DNA of 64,000 nt from a virus (taxonomy: Duplodnaviria > Caudoviricetes). How positions within the stretch are numbered: the stretch's first letter is position 1; every line of letters begins with the position of its first letter. The notes under the pieces were generated by a model. The model was not told the origin of the DNA, ran no database searches, and was given only the letters and a program-made list of their open reading frames with translations. The stretch spans positions 18,501 through 82,500 of the IMG/VR virus record IMGVR_UViG_3300045609_000068; one strand, written 5' to 3'. The translations under genes and the position numbers were made by a program. This document shows, one piece after another, positions 20,194 through 28,800 of this stretch.

Positions 20194-20384
20194 CAGACAC
20201 CGACACTTTCAGACAGCGCATGATTTACATCCGCCATTATTTCCCCGGTGTCAAAATTGAGGAAATGTCCTTCGATGATTTTGCCATGCTGAGCGAGGAC
20301 GCTCTATGGATGCACAGTCAGACGCTGATGGTGCAGCAGGCAAATTCCTTGGGGATGCTAGGTGGAGTGAAACCGAAAAAATAG
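20166..20384 (+). CDS. Tail assembly chaperone -1 frame extension (T-like)
   Basis: The -1 frame from G_GTA_AAA reads KSCERCKVADTDTFRQRMIYIRHYFPGV...KPKK* (TAG at 20382-20384); internal ATG at 20220. Confidence 0.6.
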   Translation, partial: GKSCERCKVADTDTFRQRMIYIRHYFPGVKIEEMSFDDFAMLSEDALWMHSQTLMVQQANSLGMLGGVKPKK

Positions 20385-20416
20385 AGCGTGGCGGATTAAT
20401 TTCCGCCACGCTCTAT
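20381..20416. terminator. Perfect 15-bp inverted repeat; probable bidirectional terminator
   Basis: ATAGAGCGTGGCGGA-TTAATT-TCCGCCACGCTCTAT between convergent genes. Confidence 0.65.
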
Positions 20417-20422
20417 GTAATA

Positions 20423-21124
20423 TTACTGGTTTACCTCATCGCAAACTGGCTCCTCATTCTGTACATACCCCTTTTCCGTAAGCAATTTGCGGATAAAGTC
20501 GAGACCTTTCTGGAACACTACCGTCTGGTGGGCCACATTCCAAACCCCGTTCAGTACATACCCTTTTTCAATCACGTTGAAATACTTGCTTTCGATGTAT
20601 ATCTGACGAGGCAGATTTTCTATCGTGAGAACTTTTTCCAATCTAAGGAATTTGAACAGATTGTTTCTCCCTATATCTTTGAAGTTTAAGATTTTTGCGG
20701 CCTTTTCCATGCTGATTGCACGTTTGCTATGGACTACCGCATCGTAGAAGTCAACCTTTTCGGCATCGGACTTTATCTTCTCTTTCTGCTTCTTTATCGT
20801 TTCGGACTGCTTTTCAATCACATGCTGCTTATGGTCGATCACAATTTTCTGCTCCTTGTTCTCGATGGCAAGTCTCTGACGCTCCTTTTCCTCTCCAATC
20901 CAGCACTCGGCACGTTTGATACGGTCGTCTATCTGATAGGAAGGTGTGTCCTTTTCTTTCAGCTTCTTTTCACATTCAATAAAATAGAGCCTTGCTTGTT
21001 TCCCTCGTTCCGATTGAGACATCATAGAAATTTCCTTTGCAGCGTCAATAGTCAACACGTATTCTATTTTATTATTTCCGCCCCTTCCTGTCTCTTTGTT
21101 TTGCTCGCCCAAAAGGGCGAGCAA
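20423..21124 (-). CDS. Antirepressor-like protein (partial AntA plus KilAC/ANT domain); appears 5'-truncated
   Basis: EYVLTIDAAKEISMM...GKQARLYFIECEK (AntA C-half); KVDFYDAV...IGRNNLFKFLR...TVVFQKGLDFI (KilAC). Confidence 0.7.
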   Translation of the reverse strand: MLALLGEQNKETGRGGNNKIEYVLTIDAAKEISMMSQSERGKQARLYFIECEKKLKEKDTPSYQIDDRIKRAECWIGEEKERQRLAIENKEQKIVIDHKQHVIEKQSETIKKQKEKIKSDAEKVDFYDAVVHSKRAISMEKAAKILNFKDIGRNNLFKFLRLEKVLTIENLPRQIYIESKYFNVIEKGYVLNGVWNVAHQTVVFQKGLDFIRKLLTEKGYVQNEEPVCDEVNQ

Positions 21125-21190
21125 AATTTAAAGCGACTATTTTCCCATCAACATAATGTTGGTTAGTAAAAACAATAAAAATATTAATAT

Positions 21191-21946
21191 ATGGACAATC
21201 AATTGGAAGTGAGCGACACTATAACCGTAAAAGAGACTATGACTTCATTGGAAATAGCAGAAGTTACTGGTAGACAACACTCAAACGTATTGCGTGATAT
21301 TCGTAATATATTGGAGCAGATAGAAGATAAAGCCCAATTCACTTTTGAATTGGGGTCGTATTTAGACGCAAACGGTCAGTCAAGACCTATGTATAGTCTT
21401 ACAAAGAAAGACAGCATCCTGCTTGCAAGCGGGTATGATGCTAATCTTCGTGCTAAGATAATCAATCGTTGGGAACAACTGGAAATAGAAAAACGCAATG
21501 GTGGGTTTGAAATACCGAAGACTTATTCGGCGGCCCTTATGTTGGCAGCAAAGCAAGCAGAAGAGATAGAAAATCAGCAGAAGCAATTAGAAATTAAAGA
21601 AACACAGATTGCAGAACTCAAACCGAAAGCGACATATTACGACAGCATCCTTGCAAGTAAAAGTGCTGAATGTGTTACCAAATTCGCGAAAGCGGATTAT
21701 GGAATCAGCGCGCAAGCAATGAATAAACTTCTGCATGAATTTGGAATACAATATAAAGTAGGTGAAACGTGGCTTCCTTACATACAGTTTGCAAAGTGCG
21801 GATATACACAGACAGAAACAATTCCGATTAAGACAAATCATGGAGAAGAAAGCAAATTGCAGACTAAATGGACGCAAAAAGGCCGTCTGTTTATTTATGA
21901 ACAGATGAAGAAGCACGGATATTTGCCTATAATAGAACAAAACTAA
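21191..21946 (+). CDS. Rha family regulatory protein with a KilAC domain
   Basis: MTSLEIAEVTGRQHSNVLRDIR...YSLTKKDSILLASGY; C-terminal KPKATYYD...TKWTQKGRLFI. Confidence 0.88.
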   Translation: MDNQLEVSDTITVKETMTSLEIAEVTGRQHSNVLRDIRNILEQIEDKAQFTFELGSYLDANGQSRPMYSLTKKDSILLASGYDANLRAKIINRWEQLEIEKRNGGFEIPKTYSAALMLAAKQAEEIENQQKQLEIKETQIAELKPKATYYDSILASKSAECVTKFAKADYGISAQAMNKLLHEFGIQYKVGETWLPYIQFAKCGYTQTETIPIKTNHGEESKLQTKWTQKGRLFIYEQMKKHGYLPIIEQN

Positions 21947-21971
21947 TTCAATAATTTAAAACATTAAAGAC

Positions 21972-22223
21972 ATGGAAATTATTATTCAATCTATCAACAC
22001 CCCATCGGGAATGATTAAGATAACGAAAGTCAACGAACGATACAAAATGTATTTTGATGGAAGATATATAAGTCCATTGGAATTGCTATCATACGCATTG
22101 AATATGGATGGAGTTATGGCATGGAAAACGATTCACTATGCCGATATTCTTGCATCATCCAAAGACAATTTGTATTGGAAAATGAGAGATGCTGTATGTA
22201 TGTGTATTACTACTCAATTTTGA
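21972..22223 (+). CDS. Hypothetical protein
   Basis: 83-aa ORF followed by a terminator. Confidence 0.55.
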   Translation: MEIIIQSINTPSGMIKITKVNERYKMYFDGRYISPLELLSYALNMDGVMAWKTIHYADILASSKDNLYWKMRDAVCMCITTQF

Positions 22224-22257
22224 GTTGATGGTGATTTTCAATTGATTACATTATTAT

Positions 22258-22292
22258 GGGCTGCCTAAGTTGAAATTAGGCAGCCTATTTTT
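22258..22292 (+). terminator. Intrinsic terminator
   Basis: GGCTGCCTA-N9-TAGGCAGCC followed by TATTTTT. Confidence 0.65.
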
Positions 22293-22598
22293 ATCAATAG
22301 CCATAGTCCAAAAATGGACTATGGTGATTTTCAACGAGTTAGACCCGCCAATTTTGGCGACAATCCTTTTATAGATAGTTAGTTATGAATTATTGACAGT
22401 ATCAACTTTAAGTTATTGTAATGGTATATCGCTAAATAGCGATATGCTTGATTTACAGCTACTTATGGTTAAAGTACAATCAAAATCATTAACCAGCAAA
22501 TCAACCAATAAACTAACCAACAAAATTATGTTGTACATACATTAACGATATTATCGAGCAGCAGAACGAGCAGCAGATTAACCAGCACCGATAGGTTA

Positions 22599-22645
22599 CA
22601 AAGATAACCCCAAAGATAACCCCAAAGATAACCCCAAAGATAACC
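22599..22645. repeat. 12-bp tandem repeat, about 3.9 copies
   Basis: CAAAGATAACCC three times plus CAAAGATAACC. Confidence 0.9.
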
Positions 22646-22888
22646 ACGTCTTATTTCCTGATAAAGATTTTGAAGCCACTAATAGTTTTTCCGTTAATGT
22701 TAATATCATTTAAAATACAGTTGGTTTAACATTATAAGCGATTATTTTATTATAAATATTGCAGCAAAGAATACAACAAAGGAAATAATTGCGTATATTT
22801 GTATCAGAATAATTAAATGTTATGTGCATTTTTCTACTGGGAAATACACAAATTCTAAGTACGTAAACATACAAATTCTTACATACAC

Positions 22889-23245
22889 ATGTGTGAACAA
22901 AATCTTGAAATTATTAAAACTAGAGATATCTTTCTAAAAAATGGGGAGAAATCTGATGTAGTTCTGTTAAAGGATCCAGAAGGAGTTGTGGATATGCACT
23001 TTACCTTTTGTTTGAAATACGTTGGCGATAACGTCCAGACTCAGACGCATTATAAAGTGGCAGACAAGTCTAGTGCTGATTTTATTATTGAAACGAGGCC
23101 CAATTCCTATACTGAGCTAAAGCAGCCATTTCGCATTGGGACATTCGGAAAAGAAGAAAAAGGATTGTTTATAAATTTTAAAGTATATCCATGCGATGAA
23201 AGCAATACGCACCACATGTACTTGTCTTTTTTAACATCAAAATAA
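22889..23245 (+). CDS. AT-rich accessory hypothetical protein (weak DUF6864-like resemblance)
   Basis: 118 aa; TATATTTG at 22794-22801 upstream. Confidence 0.6.
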   Translation: MCEQNLEIIKTRDIFLKNGEKSDVVLLKDPEGVVDMHFTFCLKYVGDNVQTQTHYKVADKSSADFIIETRPNSYTELKQPFRIGTFGKEEKGLFINFKVYPCDESNTHHMYLSFLTSK

Positions 23246-23254
23246 ACTAATGTT

Positions 23255-23680
23255 ATGGCTCTAATTACAGAAGGTGAAATCGAAGTAAGCGAAACTATTT
23301 GCAATCTGACGGTAGTACCTATACAGATAACAGAAGATAAACTTAAAAATATACTTACGCAGCATATTGAAAAAATAAAGAAATCGCACGGGTGGATTCC
23401 AGCGTTGGTCACTGTTGTGTCTTTCGTATTGACTATAGATACATCTGATTTCCATGATTCATTCGGCTTTAATGCGGACACCTTAAAAGGATTTTTTGGA
23501 TGCCTTATTTTGCTCTTCTTTTGTTATTTCCTTTACGTTTCATGGAATTGCATCAAAAATAGAGACAGCGTGGATAATATCATAAAAGATATAGAAAACA
23601 AACAAGTAGCTAAAAAAGATAATTCTATAAAGAGCTTTTTTAAAAACTCCGGAAAGCGTAAGATTGATATAAAGGCTTAA
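23255..23680 (+). CDS. Two-TM membrane protein (accessory)
   Basis: WIPALVTVVSFVLTI and FFGCLILLFFCYFLYVSW. Confidence 0.7.
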   Translation: MALITEGEIEVSETICNLTVVPIQITEDKLKNILTQHIEKIKKSHGWIPALVTVVSFVLTIDTSDFHDSFGFNADTLKGFFGCLILLFFCYFLYVSWNCIKNRDSVDNIIKDIENKQVAKKDNSIKSFFKNSGKRKIDIKA

Positions 23681-23867
23681 TTGGAAATACGGAATTACCA
23701 TTAACGTGATTGCATTATTCGCCTTTGTCGCGAAATATCTTTTCCATCCAAAGGACTAGCATACAACAAATGGGATCAGTAATGCTGACCCCATAAATTT
23801 TATATATTTGTCTCAACACCGATTGGTTAACTTTATTTTGTATTAACGGATATTTCTGTTAATATGT

Positions 23868-25577
23868 ATGAATACTTTTGCCGAAAGAATACAACATGGT
23901 CGATTTTTCGATATATTTGCGCTACTAAATCTTGTTATGGATATTAATGGTGAATACATAGAGGAAAACTTTCTTCATCCCGAAAAATACGAACTGGTTT
24001 ATTCCAACGAAGTGGAGGCCAGCATCCTTCGAATCATGAGGAGACGGAAACATGAGTTATTCGGTGATAGTCACGACCCGTCGGAAGAGCAGTGGAGAGA
24101 GTGGGCCGATTATCTTGAAGAGAACTATATAAGGATGATACATACGGATATAGATCCGTTTTGCATACTTATCAGACACGACTTGCTACTGATACGAAAT
24201 TCATACGGAAGCATTATTGATACGATTGAATGGTTTAAATCCATTGGTATGCCTTATAATTTTGATGAAAGAAAATTTAATAGCAATTTTATGAACATAA
24301 TGCGATCTTATAATTCAGATTGGAAGTTATCAATTTCTGATTTGGATTTATTTAAGGTCGATAAAGAAAAAATTGAGGAAGAAAACAAAAAAAGACAGGA
24401 ATTAGAAGAAAAAAATAAGAAGAGACTAGAAGTATTATGTGCTGGACGCGACAAGTATCTTGCAAAAAAGGCAGAAGAAAAACGAATAAAAGAAGAGGAA
24501 GAAAAAAGGTTGTTAAGACTTCGCAAAAAGGAAGAACGAAAAGCCAAGATTATTGAGGAACGGCAGAGAATAGTTACAGAAAACTATTTAATGAGTTTCC
24601 CTTTCCCTTATATAAACGATGAAATAGGCATAAAATTTATTAATGATTACAGAATTGAAAATGGGCATCTCCCGATGTTTTATATTTTGTGCAATTATCT
24701 AAAGATATATGGGCATTTGCAATGTATCGACAATTTGTCAAAAGCATATTGTGTATATATGGAGTATGAGCATGTCAAGTACGGTCCAACTGAAGAAATA
24801 TGGGAAAGTTATGGGATTACAAGAGTTCAGGCCAAGGCAGCAATGAGAAAACATAAGCCGAACAGGATGCTGAAATTAATCCTCGACCACGAAGACTGGA
24901 ACTATTATGAGGTTAGAAATATGAAATTCATATCTAAAGATAATTTCGACATAGAACTTTTCTGCAAGACAGAAAAAGTGAAATTGAATTTTGTTCAGTT
25001 TTTCTTTATGCTGAAACTTGTATATAACAGATATGGGCTGTGTCGTATATACACTGAAGATTTAGAGCCGTTTAGAGAATCGAAAGATAGTGTTTATTGC
25101 TATGATTACATAATATATGAAGACTTTAATATATATAACTTTTCTGATGCAATAAAAGATTTATCAAAGATTGCAAATCTGCATAAACTTATTGAAGGAG
25201 CAAAGACTATCCAAGATGATTATATTATGAATGAAAAATATTGGGATATAGATCTGAAAGAAAAAATGCCGGCGTTCGACATACATAATATATACAGAAT
25301 CCTTTTTACCATATTCAATGATGTAATGGGAGAATGGATAAAAAATAATAAAGACATTTTCATTGAAGATAATTTTCATAGGACACCTAATGTTAAGTCA
25401 ATTTTAAAAGAAGCCTCCGTTCCTCTTACGTGCCTGGAAGTATTTCAAACATACACAAAGGATTACCCGGAAGATAAGACTATAACGTTGGAGAAGGTGA
25501 GAAGTATATTGAAAAGTAATTCCAAGATAATCAGACGTGGTGACATATATAATACGAAACTTTTTTACAAAATATAG
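23868..25577 (+). CDS. Large AT-rich hypothetical protein with a central coiled coil
   Basis: 569 aa; K/E-rich stretch; TATATTTG at 23803-23810 upstream. Confidence 0.75.
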   Translation: MNTFAERIQHGRFFDIFALLNLVMDINGEYIEENFLHPEKYELVYSNEVEASILRIMRRRKHELFGDSHDPSEEQWREWADYLEENYIRMIHTDIDPFCILIRHDLLLIRNSYGSIIDTIEWFKSIGMPYNFDERKFNSNFMNIMRSYNSDWKLSISDLDLFKVDKEKIEEENKKRQELEEKNKKRLEVLCAGRDKYLAKKAEEKRIKEEEEKRLLRLRKKEERKAKIIEERQRIVTENYLMSFPFPYINDEIGIKFINDYRIENGHLPMFYILCNYLKIYGHLQCIDNLSKAYCVYMEYEHVKYGPTEEIWESYGITRVQAKAAMRKHKPNRMLKLILDHEDWNYYEVRNMKFISKDNFDIELFCKTEKVKLNFVQFFFMLKLVYNRYGLCRIYTEDLEPFRESKDSVYCYDYIIYEDFNIYNFSDAIKDLSKIANLHKLIEGAKTIQDDYIMNEKYWDIDLKEKMPAFDIHNIYRILFTIFNDVMGEWIKNNKDIFIEDNFHRTPNVKSILKEASVPLTCLEVFQTYTKDYPEDKTITLEKVRSILKSNSKIIRRGDIYNTKLFYKI

Positions 25578-25580
25578 CTT

Positions 25581-25835
25581 ATGAAAAAGAAATATTTAAA
25601 AATAGTGTTGATAGTAATTTGTTTTATCTTATTTGGGTGGTATGTATATTCTTCAAGCCAAAGAGTTGAACAAGGGTACAAAGGAGCAGATGAAACGACA
25701 AAGAGAGTTGAAAAGTATTCCAACCAAGCTTTGAAAAACGGGTATAATGAAACGTCTGGCGGCATAGGTGCTAAACCTGTTGTTGTCAAAAAGTCAGATT
25801 TGGAAAAAGATAATATAGGACAGGATGATGAATAG
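25581..25835 (+). CDS. Small single-TM protein homologous to a tape measure segment
   Basis: N-terminal TM helix; aa 33-67 match TMP aa 1269-1303 at 21/35 identities. Confidence 0.75.
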   Translation: MKKKYLKIVLIVICFILFGWYVYSSSQRVEQGYKGADETTKRVEKYSNQALKNGYNETSGGIGAKPVVVKKSDLEKDNIGQDDE

Positions 25836-25854
25836 TTTCACCCCGCCCCATATT

Positions 25855-28800
25855 CTACACTTTGCCCATAAGAGAAAGCTGTGAGTTCACTTGTGATGTA
25901 AGCATAGCAATAGCTTGTGCAAGACGATCCTCGACAGACTGAATCATTGCTCTTTCGTCAGCGTTACCAGCAATCGTAGTTTTGTCGAAATTGGCAAGAT
26001 TTTGTATTGTTATATTGATTTGCGTCGGAGTTGCGGCTTGCCTTCCGTAAGTGTTTTCGTAACCCTTGTTAGGATTGCTGCTCCCTCCGGTTCTGCCGCC
26101 TTTTCCTCCTGTTGCTGCTGGAAGTGAATTAGTAGCGTTACTAGAACCCGAATTATTCCATCCAGTTCCAAACCCATTGTCAACAGTCCCTTTTTTGTTT
26201 TTGTTGTTCTTTTTAGCACCGGGTATGGATTTTACTATATTATTTTCTTTAGTTCCAGGTCTGGTAATATATGCCAGTTTACCTTTATTCTGTTTCTTAT
26301 CGTCAATTGCTTTTTGCAGTGGATTATATGGCTGATATCCCATATTCCAAGCATATCCGAACTTTTGTTTTCCTGCCTTGTATGGTATCTTTACTTTATT
26401 ACTTTTTGGTTGGAGAACATTATTTGTACTAGGATTCTCTCCTGAATTCCAATTTACATTAGTCCATCTCGAAGCCTCAATCTCTTGTTGTTTAAGATAT
26501 TCTATCAAAGCCTTTATTCTACCAGCAACGCCTTGTAACCCAGGTATGTTATCTAATGAATTGGCAATATTTTCGAGAAGTGATACATGCGCGTTAACCG
26601 TATTAGGAACTTGTATTCCAAGCGCATTTAACATGTCGTAGAAACCTTCCCATTGTGGTTGCCCGTTCTTGAATTGCAAGAATACATTTTGCATCCTTCC
26701 ATACATATCAGGCAATTTGATTGGTATTGTCCCTAGATAACTACTAGCCGCATTCATAAATTTATCAGAATACAGTCCAGTAAGATTAACTAAATTCTGA
26801 TAAGTTTTCCAAACTTGTGTAAGTTTATTATATGCGCCAGAATACCATTGAGTAAATTCAGATAAATCAGGTGAATTAAATATCTGTTTATACCCATAAT
26901 TGTTTACATCTTTCCCAATATTAAGAGCAGGATTAAATTGCTCAATCATATTGTTAATAGCCTCTTTATTCTTTGCAGATAATTTTCCTTTTGAATTTTC
27001 TACAATAGAAGTTATCTTTGATTCTGCATTTTTTGTTTCATTTGATTCTGCTCCATATCTATATACTGATGCACGAGCTATTAAATTACGAACCCCGTTA
27101 TAGTATTTATTATCGACCCCTAATGTCTTATATGTTTTAATTTTGGTTCCATCTTCTGCTGTGTATTCTTGCAATAAATTTCCACCAGCATCAGTTTCTA
27201 ATTGATTCTTGATAGCTGAAAATGAATAGTTTTTGCTATCTTTACCATAAGCATATTTGTATGGAACAATATATTTATCGTACCAGTTTTGTAAAATAGG
27301 CAGGAAATGCGTATCTTTTCCTAACTTACTTGTAAGTTGTCTGAAATCAGATATTTGTGACAACTTTCTTTTAGATGCTTTTGGTTTATTTGATACGGAT
27401 GGTATATCACCGACATAAGTATTATTATTTAGTTGCGGATTTGATTTCAACCAATTTGTAAGATCAATTGGTTTTGTCCCAATTCCGCCAGCCATTTGAT
27501 TATATCCATTTTTTAAAGCGGTTTTAGAATATGCTTTAACCCTATCGCTTGTCTTGTCAGCATCTTCGTATCTCTTGCTAATATGTTTAACATAAGCAAC
27601 AAGTAAAGCTATACCTGCAAGTGCTGCAAGATACGGTAATGCTGCTGTAAACATTCCAGCAATTTTTGCTAAGAAAATAGGTATTCTTAAAATGGAATTT
27701 TTTATCATATTAATTAATGGCATCAGCGTAAACCCTGTGAGCATGGCGTTTCCTGCCTTGTATGCAAGTCCCATCCTTGCACCAGTGCCTAATTTGTTCA
27801 TTGCGGCGAAGCGTTCGATAAGTGCGGAATTACGGAATTGTTCTGTACGTCTCATATCCCTCAATACGTTCATGTAGGCATTGCGTTCTGCAACCAATCT
27901 GCGTTCGTTAGCATAGTTCTGTTCAGCCCTTGCGCCATAGTGTGCGGAAAGTTCCGACTCACCAGCTCTTTCCCAATATTCAGAACCTTTGGTGTACATA
28001 AATCCGTTTGTATGGGCGTTACGTATATAATTATAATACGAGCCTCCGTTTCTATACATCGCATTTTGGCGTTCCAACAGTGTATTGGCACTTGCTCGTT
28101 CAGCGGCAATTGCCTCTGGAGCAGCGACCGCCCCTGCAACGGCGGCACTCGAACCTCTTGGATGGCGAAGCGTTGCCCACAGCAAAGAACCGTTAAGAAG
28201 AAGGCTTGTCAGCCCTCCTCCCAATCTTGACATTCCAGAAGTTGCAGCCCCTCTGCGGACTACAGATTTAACGGCATTTGCCTCCATTACTCTCGGAACA
28301 GCCCCTCCAGCCATCATCGCACCTGCAATACGGGCAGAACTGTAACGTGAAGCGATTCCGCCTCCAGCAGCCAAGCCACCAACGGCATACGCGCCACCAG
28401 CTACACCTGCCGCACCGGGCAGCAATCCTCTGAACGAAGACAGCATTCCGAGCATCTGCACGAACGGGGTAATGAGATAACCAATCTGTGTCATTGCCAT
28501 CTGCATGACAACAATCGCTTTGATGAATCCGGGGAATGCGTTATATATCTTTAGCCAAATGCTAACAGATGCTTTGAAAATACCCAATATGGCTTTGAGC
28601 AAGTCGAATACGTTCTTCAAGTTCTGCACAGCTTCTGGCTTGGCGAGATATTTAAGCGCATCTCCCATAGCTCCCTTAATGGTTTTCTGCAATCCACTGA
28701 ATACGGTTAATGTATCATCGGTCAACGAGCTCTCGACCTGTTTCCACAGACCCTCAACGGTGTTCTGTTTCTTTAGGGATATTTCATTTGCTATTCCGTT

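Noticed and set aside
22599-22645. Possible CRISPR array
   Set aside because: Contiguous 12-bp tandem units with no spacers and no cas genes.
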